From positions 434,001 to 498,000 of the forward strand of contig CBFFRQ010000067.1 of the NCBI GenBank assembly GCA_965644315.1: a stretch of 64,000 nt of DNA, read 5' to 3'. The DNA comes from Caecitellus pseudoparvulus. Lineage: Eukaryota; Protista; Bigyra: Bicosoecida. Made by a program: the position numbers and the translations under genes. Under the pieces are notes generated by a model. It saw only the letters and a program-made list of their open reading frames with translations, did not search any database and had not been told where the DNA came from. Shown one piece after another: positions 30,469 through 43,500 of this stretch (positions are counted from its first letter, which is position 1; each line of letters opens with the position of its first letter).

Positions 30469-32640
30469 TTACTTTCGCAGTGCGTCCAGGATGAGGGCGA
30501 CCGGGCGCGCCCATGAGGTGTACACTGTGACACCTGGGAACGCCTGTCGGTCCTCAGGCACCCCCGCCGCCTGCAGCAATGCATCCTCGCCGCCCCCGCC
30601 CCACGCTTGCTGGCCAGCACCGCACTCCCGCAGCGCAACAGCCTCTGCCCGCAAGGTGTCCAGCGGTGCCCGGCTACTAGCCGTCAACTGGTGCCGCAGG
30701 GCAGTTCGCACCCACTCATTCGCCTCCACGCTACCAGTGTACTCAGCCCACGCAGCTGGGGACTGGAACCAGCCTGCCCAGTCAGGGCGCTCCACACCAG
30801 GCAGCTGCGCCAGCAACAACTGGGTGGAGAGGGCTTCCTGCGTGGTCAGTCCAGCCTCTGCAGCTGCGATGCCGCCTGCCGCCCACTGGAACGGCTCCTC
30901 CACCATGTCCGACGTGAGCAGGGGGCCGGGCACGGCGTCCAGCCGCACGTCTGCCAGCATGACACCCACGGAGGGCGGCGCCACGGTCATGAAGTCTTCG
31001 CAAGCCTGCAGCTGGGCAGCCAGCTCTGCCCGCACGTCGCTGTCTTCAGCCAGGGCTGCGCGTTTGACAGGGCTCTGAGCAAGGCTCAGCTGGCGCTTGG
31101 GCGGCGAGGTGGGTGTGGAGGGGGGCGGCAAGGCGGCAGGCGCAGCCGCCTCCCCGCCATCAGCTGCCGTGCCTGGGGCTGGAGGTGGCGCCACAGCTGA
31201 GGCATCGGGCGCAGATGCCGTGGAGGGCTGGGCGGCCTGTGCCAAGCGCTGCACAGTGGCCAGCGGGCGCGGCTCCAGGTCTGCGACATCCTGGCGCGTG
31301 AGCCCCACGGCGAGCAGGGGGGGTACAGGCATGGGGCGAGTGCAGATGGCTGTGGTGTGGGGAGTGCTGGACTTGGCTTGCCGGTCACATGCGGACAGCA
31401 GCTGCAAAGCCACGTGTGCCTGGGGCGAGAAGACGTGCCACGCATCCGCATGCGGACCGTCCGGCAGGAAGGAAGCCGGTGCGCGCACTCGGTGCTGGGC
31501 AGCCGCTGCAATGCGCATGGCCTCACCCTGGGCACAGCAGGGGGTCACCAGCAGGCAAGGCGGCACGAGGTCCAGGAGCACGTACACACCGCACACCACC
31601 AGGAACACCGTGCCTGCGATGACCAGGGGCTCCTCTGCGTCGTCATCCAGAGCCACAGACGCCAGCAGCACCAGCAACACCCCCACAAGCAAGACACAAC
31701 TGCAAGGCCACACCCAGCTGGTGTGTGGGGCGGCGGCACAGCACTCCACGACGCACCCTCGAGGGCGGTACGCGTACGTGCCAGACACCCCCCGCAGGAC
31801 AAGGGGGCAGTCTGGCGGCGGGAAGGCGGGGCGTGCGGCTGGGCTTCGAGTTGGCATGGCCCACTCCTCTGCTCCCCGAATGCTGGCCTCGGCAAGGGCT
31901 GGCGGAACGCTGGCGTTGTCCATGTCGTCCCCCAGCCACACGAAGTGGGCACCTTCATCCAGTCCCAGCATCTCGTACAGCGGCGAGCCGAACAAGTCGT
32001 TTCCGCCACAGCAGCAGGGGCGGCGTAAGGTCACGTGGTGGGCGGAGGACGCCACGGCAGCCGCCACGCCACGCAGTGTGCTCTCAGCCTTGGTCACCGC
32101 CAGAGCCAGAGCACGTGCTCCAGGCTGAGGAATGGCCCGCCGTGCCTCCTCCAGGACCTGCTCCAGATGCTGCATGGGAATGCACCGCACAACGTCAATG
32201 TGGGCAGCCAGCAAGAAGCGGATGGCGGCGTCTGCCGCCGCCAGCAGGTCACCTGCGCTCTTGGCTTGTCCGATCGCTGCGACGATGAGCATCCACTGCA
32301 CGGACTGCAGCGCCACCAGCTGCGCCTCGCTCACATAAGGCGGCACAGAGGGCAGAACCCCCACATTGTAGTCAGGGGTCAAGCGCTCCCCGATGACATT
32401 CAACTCCGAGCCCAGGGGGGCGCCATTCCGTCCCAACACATCCTCTGGCGCTGCAACGGGCGTGCGCTCGTCCAGCCCCATACCAGGCTCGGGCTCCTCG
32501 TCACTGTCCATCCGGCCGTCCACAGGGGGGAGCACCTCTTCCTCTATATGTACAGCTTCATCGCTTTCGGTTGAAGTCCTCGCTGGTGGCTGCCGCTGCT
32601 CGCCGTGCCGAGGTGGCTCGCGCGAAACCTCGAACTCCAT
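30469..32640 (-). CDS. Hypothetical membrane protein with two Cys-flanked TM helices
   Basis: 723-aa ORF from MEFEV that fills the gap between two genes. Hydrophobic segments CVLLVGVLLVLLASVAL and LVIAGTVFLVVCGVYVLL. No family recognised. Confidence 0.6.
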   Translation of the reverse strand: MEFEVSREPPRHGEQRQPPARTSTESDEAVHIEEEVLPPVDGRMDSDEEPEPGMGLDERTPVAAPEDVLGRNGAPLGSELNVIGERLTPDYNVGVLPSVPPYVSEAQLVALQSVQWMLIVAAIGQAKSAGDLLAAADAAIRFLLAAHIDVVRCIPMQHLEQVLEEARRAIPQPGARALALAVTKAESTLRGVAAAVASSAHHVTLRRPCCCGGNDLFGSPLYEMLGLDEGAHFVWLGDDMDNASVPPALAEASIRGAEEWAMPTRSPAARPAFPPPDCPLVLRGVSGTYAYRPRGCVVECCAAAPHTSWVWPCSCVLLVGVLLVLLASVALDDDAEEPLVIAGTVFLVVCGVYVLLDLVPPCLLVTPCCAQGEAMRIAAAAQHRVRAPASFLPDGPHADAWHVFSPQAHVALQLLSACDRQAKSSTPHTTAICTRPMPVPPLLAVGLTRQDVADLEPRPLATVQRLAQAAQPSTASAPDASAVAPPPAPGTAADGGEAAAPAALPPPSTPTSPPKRQLSLAQSPVKRAALAEDSDVRAELAAQLQACEDFMTVAPPSVGVMLADVRLDAVPGPLLTSDMVEEPFQWAAGGIAAAEAGLTTQEALSTQLLLAQLPGVERPDWAGWFQSPAAWAEYTGSVEANEWVRTALRHQLTASSRAPLDTLRAEAVALRECGAGQQAWGGGGEDALLQAAGVPEDRQAFPGVTVYTSWARPVALILDALRK

Positions 32641-32759
32641 TTGCCGCACCACGCCCAGCACCACACGACACCTTGCCGAGTTCCTGGAAAGCAAAGGGTG
32701 GAATCAAAAGCACCACTGGGCATTGCAGTCCCCGGCTTGCCGTCCTTCGTGCATTTTGC

Positions 32760-35700
32760 TCACGCTCTGGACTTGCGTCGTGCGCTGCGCCGCAATGGTG
32801 TGGGAGGGGCACTGTCTCCGGCCTTCTTGGGAGTCTTCTTCGCCCCACGTGGCGCGATGCTGGGAGTGGCGGCCTCGTCCTGACTTGATGCACTCATGCT
32901 ACGTGTGCGGCGACGAGTCACCGGTGCAGGCGCAGGCGCTGGGCTGTCCCCGCCGCGGGCGCTGCGCTTGGCTGCGGGTGGCGTGGCAGCCTTCCTGCTG
33001 CGCTTCGTGCCTCGAGCTGCCTTGCCGTCTTCCAGCTGCGGAGACGCCATCTGCATGGGGGCAGAGAAGAAGGACACAGCGGAGTCCAACACTGCATCCC
33101 CACTGCCACTCGCAGTGCCCTTGGAAAACCGCTTGGCCCTGCGTGTACGAGGTTGCTTGCGGTTCGCAGCGGCGGGCGTGGCCCAGTCCCCGCCCTGGAA
33201 GACACGCTCCGCGTCAGCCTCCAGGTCCACGCCCTCCCACTCAGAGGAAGGGGACGCAGTGTCCTCTGCACTGGCTGCAGGCTCTGCCTCAGACTCCGAG
33301 TCAGACGACACGACAGGCCGCGCCGCTGCGCCCTGCTTCGCCCCCTCGCTGTCACTGTGGTCGCTCACGCTGTCCTCGCTGGAGCTGCCCTTGATGAAGC
33401 TGTCGTCCTCGCTCTCTTGGCTATCTTCCCCATCCTCTTCGCCGCCCTCACGCCACTCTCCAGGGCGCAGCTCGCCGCCGCCACTGTCGTCACTGTGGCT
33501 GCCCTCTGTGCTCACACCATCTTCCTCCTCGCCTTCGCTAGCCTCGTCCTCCACGAACGCACCTGCACGCCCAGGATACACTCGCACTGGCTCCTCCTCC
33601 TCCTCGTCGTCGGAAGTTGCGGTTGACGATGATGAGTCGCTCCCTGACCCAGACTGGGCAGCAGCGTCTTGCTTGTCGACACCGTCAGAGCCAGCCACAT
33701 CAGTGTCGCTTGCACTGCCCTGCGAAGCAGAGTCGCCGTCCAGGTGTCTCTCCACATCAGAAGCCTCCGTGTCGGAGCCTGCCTCGTCCCCAGAGCCAGC
33801 CTTGGCGACAAAGTCACCGTCCTCGTTGAAGTCCAGGCCAGCCACAGCAGAAGCGCTGCCAGTCGCGCCACCACCAGCAGAGACAGCTGCAGATGCGCCA
33901 AGCAGGGCAGGCGGCACAGTCGTCCCCGCCAAGGCCGGCAGGAGGGAGGCAGTGACGAGGGGCACGGCAGCTGAGTCCTCCTCCTGAGGCACGCCGTGCC
34001 AACGGCTGACGAACTGCAGCATGTGGGTGTTGCGAGTGCCCACGCCGCCCATGCGCCTCGTGTGGAACTGCAGTGCCTTGAGCACGGAACGCAGTGCAGA
34101 CATGACTGCAGGGTCCCGGCTGCGCAGGTGACTCCCGTGGGCAGTCATGAGGCAAGTAGCCCACGTGGTGTGGTACTCCAAAGCACGTGTGCGGGCCAGT
34201 GCAGCGCCGACGTGTTCCAACAGGCGAACAAGGAACACGGCAGGCACTGCGCGGGCCACAATGGCGATGTCTGCAGCTGGCACAGCATCCACCGTCTCCT
34301 TGATGAGGTGGGGCAGGTTCAAGTGCAGAGCCATGACAAGTGCCCGGGTCCAGTGGCCCTGCCTCAGGGCGGCAGCTACCGCGTCTGGCGTCACGTCCTC
34401 ATCCAACTCGAAAGGGTCGAAGGTAAGGGAGGCGTCCACGCCGAACTGCAGCAACCCAATCGTGGTTGCCACGGCGAAAGCCCGCCCTCCCGGAGCGAAG
34501 CGCACGCAGCGTGTACGCAGCTCAGGGGGCGTGCGGCGTGACGAAGCAGCCTCGCCGCGCTGCGCTCCAGGCAGGTACCGCTCGATACGAAGTTCGTCTG
34601 AGTGCACGCTGGCCTGGGGCATGAGTGCGCTTGCACCTGCAGCCACCGCCCCCTCCACATCTGCGACAGCAATGCCGCTCTCGGTCAAATCCTTGGAGTT
34701 CAACTTCGCCAACAGGCCATCCAGATCCCTGTTGTGGCTGAGTTGGAACTTGCGCAGCAGCAGCTTGGGTGCGACGGCGTAGAGACACAGCCACTTGGAG
34801 CGCCCCCCTGCCAGCAGGCACTCACCGTCCCCCGTATATGCCAGGCTCGTGAAGCACTTGCCTTCACCCGAGTTCAGCACTGCCGCCGCGGCGCCCTTCC
34901 TGCGCCCACCACGGATGTCTCGCTTCCCGTTGATGACCCCTGACGTCTTGCCAGTTGCCGTGTCCCAGAAATGAATGCCGCCTTCCCGGCTGGCTGTGGC
35001 TAGCTCCTTGCCGTCCGGTCGCCATGCGACAGCCAGCACGTCAGAGGGGTGCGAGAACACTTCAGGGGAGGTACCAGGACTGAACACGTCCCAAACGCGA
35101 GCTGTGCCGTCCCATGAGCTCGTGGCTAGCTGCCCAGTGGTGTGGGAGAGTGCAATGTCGGAAATGGGCCCATCGTGCCCCGCCAACACGTCCAGCAGCT
35201 TGCCTGTCTGCAGGTTCCACACGTACACTGAGAAGGGGTCCTGAGTCCCAGCTGCAACGATGTCCCCTGTCGCATCGGCGGTCAGGCACGTGAACTGCAG
35301 TGACTCCGGGGCCACCAGCGTCCGGAAGTTGCGGTAGCGGACCAGGTCAAACGCCTTGACCGTGCCGTCGCGCGAAGCAGACAACACAGCCTGGCCCCTC
35401 CCACCTGTACCCCCGATGAACGTGACAGCCGTCACAGGGGCGGTGTGCTCGTCAAACGTGACGAAGCAAAAACCAGAGGCCGCGCTCCACAGCTTCACCT
35501 TGCCGTCGTCGCCGCCAGTCGCAATCACCTGGCCATCAGGGGAGTACGCCACTGCTGACACATCGTAGAAGTGTCCTTGTTGCTTCAGGATGTACGACTC
35601 CGACTTCCACTCCCACACCAGCAGCTGGCCCAAGTCGGCACAGCCGAATGCCAGCCAGTCGCCTGACGGGTTGATGGCTGCTGACGTCACGAGGCGCTGG

Positions 35701-36961
35701 GAGATAGAGAGGGTGTGCACAGGCGTCACATCTGGCAGGGTGTACACGCCGAAGACGCCAGTTGAGAAGCCAGCCACCAGCAGGCCGCTGCGGCGGTGCA
35801 CGACCGAGCTGACCAGCTTGGCGCCTTGCATCTTGAAGTACTTCTTAGACACGAGGGACCAGCTGCCCCGCAGAATGCTTAGATCGCCCTCAGCACCCGG
35901 TTCTTCTTCATCCCACGGAGCAGGCACTGTGTGACGATCACGTGAAGCACGAAAAGCTGGTGCCCTGGCGCCCTGCCCTGTTGGTGCCGCCGCGCTGCCT
36001 GGCACAATGGCACTGTCACTGTCACTGTCTTCCCTAGAGGACTCCAGGCTTGTGTCCGAGTCACTGTCAGAGTCGGAGCTGGTGTCAGAGCTGCCCGCGT
36101 CGCTGTCGCCTTGCCCTCCCTCACGCTGAATGGTCCTCAGGGCCTGCCCAGCAACCTCCACGCCCTCGGCCTCCTCCCACTCCCACCGGAACACGGCGGC
36201 GTCTCGGGAAGTGGTGAAGATCGTGTCGTCCTCCACGAAAAACACACCTGTCACCATGTCCCTGTGCCCGCCCAGTGTGACAGGTACGAAACCCGGAGTT
36301 GGCCATGTGCTGTACACCCGCGCAGTCTGGTCTCGGCTCCCTGTCACAATGTACTTGCCATTCGGAGACCAGTCCAGGCAGGTCACGTCGTCAAAGTGCC
36401 CTGTGTACGTCCGATGGCGCTGCAGAGGAGCCACGGCACGTCCGGCTCCCAGAGAAGCCCTGTACACAGTCATCTTGCTGCGGTGAGTGACTGCGAGGAA
36501 GGTGTCGTCTGGGGAAAACTGCAAGTCCAGCACGGGACTCTTGAAGTTGAAACGGTGTACCACTATCTGTCGCTTGACGTTGATGAACAGGGCCCTCCCC
36601 TCTGCAAGGCGTGGCAGCAGGTCCAGTGCTCACGCACAAGCGCCTGCGGCACAAGGCGAACACGTACCTGTATCCACAGATACCAAGGTCCCTCCATCGC
36701 GTGAAAGCGCAATGCGTGCAATGGTTTTCCGATTCTCGCAAGGCAATGTGCAGCTCGTGTGTCTGGAGCCGGGGAATGCAGGGCAGCGTGGGAACACCGA
36801 GCATGCGGAAAAAGCACCGACAACACATACTGCACCAGATCGAAGATGGACACCCTGTTCCCCACCGGACTGAAAAGTTTGTTGCCATCAGCGGTGAAAA
36901 CAACATTCCCTGCAGTGTACACAGTCCCACACAGGTTCTGGAACCTGTAGTCCAGGCTCAT
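32760..36961 (-). CDS. PWP2: Periodic tryptophan protein 2 (UTP1), WD40 SSU processome subunit, with acidic C-terminal extension
   Basis: Exons 36961-36831, 36762-36668 and 36601-32760. Signature YRFQNLCGTVY..GNRVSIFDL, GQLLVWEWKSESYILKQQGH, AFDLVRYRNFRT, FDPFELD. Confidence 0.95.
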
Positions 36962-37560
36962 GGCGCTGTGAACGTCCACCTGACGATGCTGCAGTGCAAA
37001 ATCCGCACCCTCGCTCACGTGGAGCACGCGGAAGTGCTGCTGTGCCGCGGGGCATGCGAAGTTGCTTGCAGTTGACGGTGTCCCTTGGTTTAATTGCGCT
37101 TGTACGGGAATTGTGCTGGCACTATCTGGTGCTGGGGTCGCGTTTTCATGTGCGGGAGCGTCAGGCTCGCGACAGCAAGCCCCCTCCCTGCATCGGCGCA
37201 CTTGGCGGGTGGCTCACACCCCGTTGCAGGCGCCGTACAAATTCCAACTATCCCCACTTCACCACAGTGGTGCGCCGGCTTGAAGCCAAGCGTCTCCCCC
37301 GCGCAGCGTGGAGCTGCACTTTGCAGGTGCCGAGCCTGGCAAGCACCTCCGACTTGCTGCGCCTTACGTGACTTGCGCAGCTGCATTGCTCACAAAAGGC
37401 ACACCCAAAGCACTCATAACTGTTCGTAAACTGCTTCGCCCCCGCCTCACTTCGTTGGAGCGTGCCACCGACGTCGGGCGCCGCTCTCTCTCACGTTGCA
37501 GGCGGGGTGGTGTGAAACTCGCCCCCTCCTTCGCTTCAGAGGGAGCCACTCTTGTCGAAG

Positions 37561-40500
37561 ATGCCACCCAAACCAGTAGCCAAGCGTACGTACATAAGGA
37601 GCACGCGCCTTGCTCCGCCATTGTTGCCTGAGCGTGGCAGCGCGTCAGCAAGCAGCTCTAGCATCGACGCTGTGCCTGTTGTCGCTGCGACAGCCGCTGT
37701 ACTTTTCACCGCGCCACCTCTTCATTTGCACAGCCTCTGGCAAGCCACCTGGCAGCCCCGGTAAGCCACCTGGCAGCCCCGGTAAGCCACCTGGCAGCCC
37801 TGGTAAGCCACCTGGCAGCCCTGCCAAGCCTCCCGGTGGACCTGCCAAGCCACCTTCAGCACCTGGCAAGCCCTCAGGGAGCCCTGGCAAACCGCCTGGA
37901 AGCCCCGGCAAGCCGCCTGGAACGCCTGGTAAGCCCCCATCTAGTCCGGCCAAGCCCTCCGGCAGCCCTGCCAAGCCACCAGGGCTCCCAGCCAAACCCG
38001 CTGGCAAGCCAACTCCGGCAAAGCCCTCCTCAAAGCCTTCACCAGGCAAGCCCCCTGCCAGGCCATCTCCTGCGAAACCTGCAGCCAAACCGTCACCAGC
38101 CAAGCCCTCTGGTCCCCCGAAAGCCCCCCCCAGCCGTCCTTCAGGGACCCCCAAGAGCCCGCCGGCCAAGCCTCCCGGAGGTGCCAAGTCCCCGGCTGGT
38201 GAGACCCGCTTGCCTACTTTGTCGTATTGCAGGCTCTCAATCCCCTGTCACTCCCTCCTTCGCAGCACCCCCAGCCAAGGCGTCACCCTCCCCACCAAAG
38301 CCTGGAGCCAAGAAGCCAGCCACGCCGCCAGCAGCGAAGAAGCCAGCCACGCCACCGGCAGCGAAGAAGCCAGCCACGCCGCCAGCAGCGAAGAAGCCAG
38401 CCACGCCACCAGCAGCGAAGAAGCCAGCCACGCCACCAGCAGCGAAGAAGCCAGCCACGCCACCAGCAGCGAAGAAGCCAGCCACGCCGCCAGCAGCGAA
38501 GAAGCCAGCGACTCCGCCTGCAGCCAAAACGGCAAGTCCTTCGGGTCCGCCCAAGTCTCCTGCATCAGGCCCTCCAAAGGCACCACCGACTTCAAAAAAG
38601 TCTCCAGCTGCAGGCAAGCCCGCTGCGAAGCCTGCTAGTCCTGGCCCAGGCAAGCCAGATGCAGCGAAGCCATCTCCTGGCAAGCCGAGTGCAGCGAAGC
38701 CAGCTAGTCCTGGCCCTGGCAAGCCAGATGCAGCGAAGCCATCTCCTGGCAAGCCGAGTGCAGCGAAGCCAGCTAGTCCGGCCCCAGGCAAGCCAGATGC
38801 AGCGAAGCCATCTCCTGGCAAGCCGGGTGCAGCGAAGCCAGCCAGTCCTGGCCCAGGCAAGCCAGGTGCAGCGAAGCCATCTCCTGGCAAGCCGGGTGCA
38901 GCGAAGCCATCTCCTGGCAAGCCGAGTGCAGCGAAGCCAGCCAGTCCTGGCCCAGGCAAGCCCGCAGCGAAGCCATCTCCTGGCAAGCCGGGTGCAGCGA
39001 AGCCATCTCCTGGCAAGCCGAGTGCAGCGAAGCCAGCTAGTCCTGGCCCAGGCAAGCCCGCAGCGAAGCCATCTCCTGGCAAGCCGGGTGCAGCGAAGCC
39101 AGCCAGTCCTGGCCCTGGCAAGCCGGGTGCAGCGAAGCCAGCTAGTCCTGGCCCAGGCAAGCCCGCAGCGAAGCCATCTCCTGGCAAGCCGGGTGCAGCG
39201 AAGCCATCTCCTGGCAAGCCGGGTGCAGCGAAGCCAGCTAGTCCTGGCCCAGGCAAGCCAGATGCAGCGAAGCCATCTCCTGGCAAACCGGGTGCAGCGA
39301 AGCCAGCTAGTCCTGGCCCAGGCAAGCCCGCAGCGAAGCCATCTCCTGGCAAGCCGGGTGCAGCGAAGCCAGCTAGTCCTGGCCCTGGTAAGCCCGCAGC
39401 GAAGCCATCTCCTGGCAAGCCGGGTGCAGCGAAGCCAGCTAGTCCTGGCCCAGGCAAGCCAGATGCAGCGAAGCCATCTCCTGGCAAGCCGGGTGCAGCG
39501 AAGCCAGCTAGTCCTGGCCCAGGCAAGCCAGATGCAGCGAAGCCATCTCCTGGCAAGCCGAGTGCAGCGAAGCCAGCTAGTCCTGGCCCTGGCAAGCCAG
39601 ATGCAGCGAAGCCATCTCCTGGCAAGCCGGGCGCAGCGAAGCCAGCTAGTCCTGGCCCAGGCAAGCCAGATGCAGCGAAGCCATCTCCTGGCAAGCCGAG
39701 TGCAGCGAAGCCAGCTAGTCCTGGCCCAGGCAAGCCAGATGCAGCGAAGCCATCTCCTGGCAAGCCGGGTGCAGCGAAGCCAGCTAGTCCTGGCCCTGGC
39801 AAGCCAGGTGCAGCGAAGCCATCTCCCGGGAAGAAGCCCGTTAAAGTGGCAGGCGGGAAGCCAACACCTGGTTCTGCCACACCTGCAAGTCCAAAAGGCG
39901 TTTCGAAACCTCAGGGGAAAGCTGGCACTCCTCCCCCTGGCTCGCCAAAGACATCGCCAGTTCCGAAGGCTTCAGCTGGCACTAAGGCAGCAGGCGCAGG
40001 CAAGCCTGCTGGTGCAACACCTGGGTCTGCGAAGCCCGGTCCCTCAAAGAAGCCTGCCAGTGGTGCGACGCGCCGCCCTTCTCCCACAGGCGAGGGTGGA
40101 AAGGCACCTCCCCCTGGCATGCCGAAGCGATCTCCAGAAGCAACTTCGCCAAAGAAGCCTGCAGCCGCTGGCACTGCGCCAAAGAACCCCACACCCAAAA
40201 AGCCCTCTCCATCTGCAAAGCCATCTGCTGTTGCAAGCAGCAAAAAGGTTGCGTCAGGTTCCGCACCCCCTGGGCAGCCAAAGCGACCCACTGAGGAGCA
40301 GAAGGCTGCTGCGGCAAAGCCCCGTGCTGGCTCACCAGCTCGACCTGGCCGCCCCCCTGGCGCATCTCGTCGCATGAGCCATGCCATGGGTAAGTTCCCC
40401 CCCAAGGCCCCACAGGGCGGACGGGCGTCGCCTACACCATCTGACAAGCCCGGCAAGCCAGCATCACCCAAGCCTGCAGCGGGGGACAAGCCCGGCAAGC

Positions 40501-43500
40501 CAGCATCACCCAAGCCTGCTGCAGGGGGCAAGCCCGGCAAGCCAGCATCACCCAAGCCTGCAGCGGGGGACAAGCCCGGCAAGCCAGCATCGCCCAAGCC
40601 TGCAGCGGGGGACAAGCCCGGCAAGCCAGCATCGCCCAAGCCTGCAGCGGGGGACAAGCCCGGCAAGCCAGCATCACCCAAGCCTGCAGCGGGGGACAAG
40701 CCCGGCAAGCCAGCATCGCCCAAGCCTGCAGCGGGGGACAAGCCCGGCAAGCCAGCATCACCCAAGTCCACAGCAAGTGGCAAGCCCGGCAAGCCAGCAT
40801 CACCCAAGTCCACAGCAAGTGGCAAGCCCGGCAAGCCAGCATCACCCAAGCCTGCAGCGGGGGACAAGCCCGGCAAGCCAGCATCGCCCAAGTCCACAGT
40901 AAGTGGCAAGCCCGGCAAGCCAGCATCACCCAAGCCTGCAGCGGGGGACAAGCCCGGCAAGCCAGCATCGCCCAAGCCGGCGGCCAAGCCTGAGGCTGCA
41001 CCAGCGCCAGCACCAAAGCCGGTGGCCAAGCCTGAGGCTGCACCAGCGCCAGCACCAAAGCCGGTGGCCAAGCCTGAGGCTGCACCAGCGCCAGCACCAA
41101 AGCCGGTGGCCAAGCCTGAGGCTGCACCAGCGCCAGCACCAAAGCCGGTGGCCAAGCCTGAGGCTGCACCAGCGCCAGCACCAAAGCCGGCGGCCAAGCC
41201 TGAGGCTGCACCAGCGCCAGCACCAAAGCCGGCGGCCAAGCCTGAGGCTGCACCAGCGCCAGCACCAAAGCCGGTGGCCAAGCCTGAGGCTGCACCTGCA
41301 CCTGCACCAAAGCCGGTGGCCAAGCCTGAGGCTGCACCTGCACCTGCACCAAAGCCGGTGGCCAAGCCTGAGGCTGCTCCTGCACCGGCACCAAAGCCGG
41401 TGGCCAAGCCTGAGGCTGCTCCTGCACCTGCACCGAAGCCGGCGGCCAAGCCTGAGGCTGCTCCTGCTCCTGCAGCACAGCCAAAGCCCACGTCATCTGT
41501 GTCCGATGGCAAAGTTGCATCCAAGTCGATGGTCGTTGGGTCTTTGGCTGGGGATTCACAGCAGTCCAAGGCGCCAGCGCCCACCTCCACATCCCAGGGC
41601 GGGGCGAGCGAGACAGGGGGTGCCTCTGTGCATGGCTCTGCCAGCATGCCCGCGGCACGGGAGGAGGCTGCTTCTAAGGCGCCTGCCGCCGCCTCCAAGG
41701 CAGACGAGGGCGCAAAGTCCATGTCAGCGTACCTTTCCAGCTACTCCAGCAAGTCGCCGGTGAAGCCGGCCTCAACGGTGTCCAAGGGAGCAGTGCTTGG
41801 GCAGTCCAGCACAGCCCAGCCGGGCAGCGCTGAGCGCCCCAGTGGTAAGTCAGGGAAGTTTACGTCCAACTCGTACAGCTCTGCTGGGGGGAGCAAGGGT
41901 GATCGGGCGGCAGCCCCAGCCCCGGCAGTGGTCAGTCCCGAGCAACGGCAGCTGAAGGAGGTGTTTGCTCGGTACGTGGCACGACGGGACCTGCTGCAGC
42001 ACCGTGTGCAGGAAGCACAGGACCGACTGCTGCAGGTGCAGAAAGAGCTTGCTGCGTCTAAGGACCGCGTAGCAGCTGCTGCCGGGGTGGCGGAGGAGAC
42101 GGCAGACCTTGAGGCAGCCGTGTGCCGTGCGGCAAACCGAGTGGCAACGATGCGCGACGCTCTGTCCCATAACGAGCAAGCCCTATCGCAGAGGCTCACA
42201 GAGCAGGCCTCCCGGCTGAAGGTGCTGCGAAGGGATGCGCAGGCGGCCGCCACGGCGCTGCGTGATGCCCAGCTGGAGCTGCAGGCAGCCAGGGCCGGGT
42301 CCGACGCAGCTGGGCGCCTGAGCCTTTCCGAGCTGCAGCGCCAGCTGCGCGATGCCAAGGCGGCGCAGCAACAGGCCTTGCAAGCTGCCGCTGCCGAGCA
42401 CGAGCAGTTGCTCATGCGAGCTTTGGAGGAGCGGGGGGCTAAACTGGCTGCTGCTGCGCAGGCCAGTGAAGCTCGCGTGGCAGTGCTCATGGCGGAGGAG
42501 CGTGAGCTGCAGCGCCGCACGGGAGAGCTGGGGCAAGCCATCAAGAAGCGACGCACTGAGGCAGCTGCCAGCGTGCAGCGGCGGCGTGAGTTGACGAAGC
42601 AAGTGCAGCAGCTGAAGTCAGCTATCCGCGCGAGCGAGGACGCAGACACAGCTCGGTTGGAGGCTTTGCAGCGCGAAGTTAAGCAACTTGAAGGGCAGGT
42701 GGTCGCGGCACGCCAGGCGGGTGCTGAGCTGGGCCCATTGGCGGCGTTGGCCGAGGCTGAGGCGCAAGCACGAGAGGAGGCACAGGGCAAGTGGCAAGCC
42801 GAGCTGCAGCGCGTGCGGGAGGAGGGTGACAAGAGTCTTGATGAGGCTCGTGACGCTGGCAGGCGCCAGTACGAAGAGCTGGTGAAGAGCATGGAGAGCC
42901 GGTACGTGGCGGAGTTTGAGAGCAGCTTGGAGAGCATCAAGCGCAAGCAGTCGAAGGATGCAGAGCAGGTGGAGGCACTGAGGCACCGCATTGAAGATGT
43001 GCGCGCTGCCATCGAAGCTGCCCGCGCCGACAACGTCAAGGTGCAGAAGGAGCTGCAGCTCGCCAAGGCGCGGACGGGGGAGGCGGTGGAGGCGAAGCGA
43101 GCTCGCCTGGCTGCGCTCAAGGCGGTGGTGCGGGATGTGTGGGCGGCACGCCAGACCAAGCCAGAGCATGTGGCGGCCTTCCTGCGCAAGGTGCAGATGG
43201 CGACGCCCTACACTGCCCAAGTGCACAAGCTGTACAGCGAGAAGGTGAAGGAGCTCAAAGCCGTCGCGCCACTGCTGCAGTCTATCACGCGGCGGGATGT
43301 TCTGTCCCTGCGCCTGTCGCACATCCGGCGCTCCATGTCAGAGTTGCTGGCCATCGTGCGGGGCAACATCGCGTCGCACCCACGTGGGCCAGAGGTGCGC
43401 TCCCTGCAGCGTGAATTCGGTGCTGCTGCGGCGGAGTTGGAGGCAGTCACTAACTCCCTCATTCAGGACGTGCAGACGTATGAGGCAGCCCACGGCCGGC

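Noticed and set aside
37739-41476. Direct repeat arrays as a possible CRISPR or satellite
   Set aside because: There are no unique spacers, all periods are multiples of 3, the arrays lie inside a CDS, there are no cas genes, and the context is eukaryotic.
38237-41722. Long antisense ORFs with silk/collagen-like GAGAGAASG and GLPG repeats, plus alternative-frame ORFs
   Set aside because: They are shadows of stop-free tandem repeats. The + frame has proper exons and continues into a coiled-coil domain.
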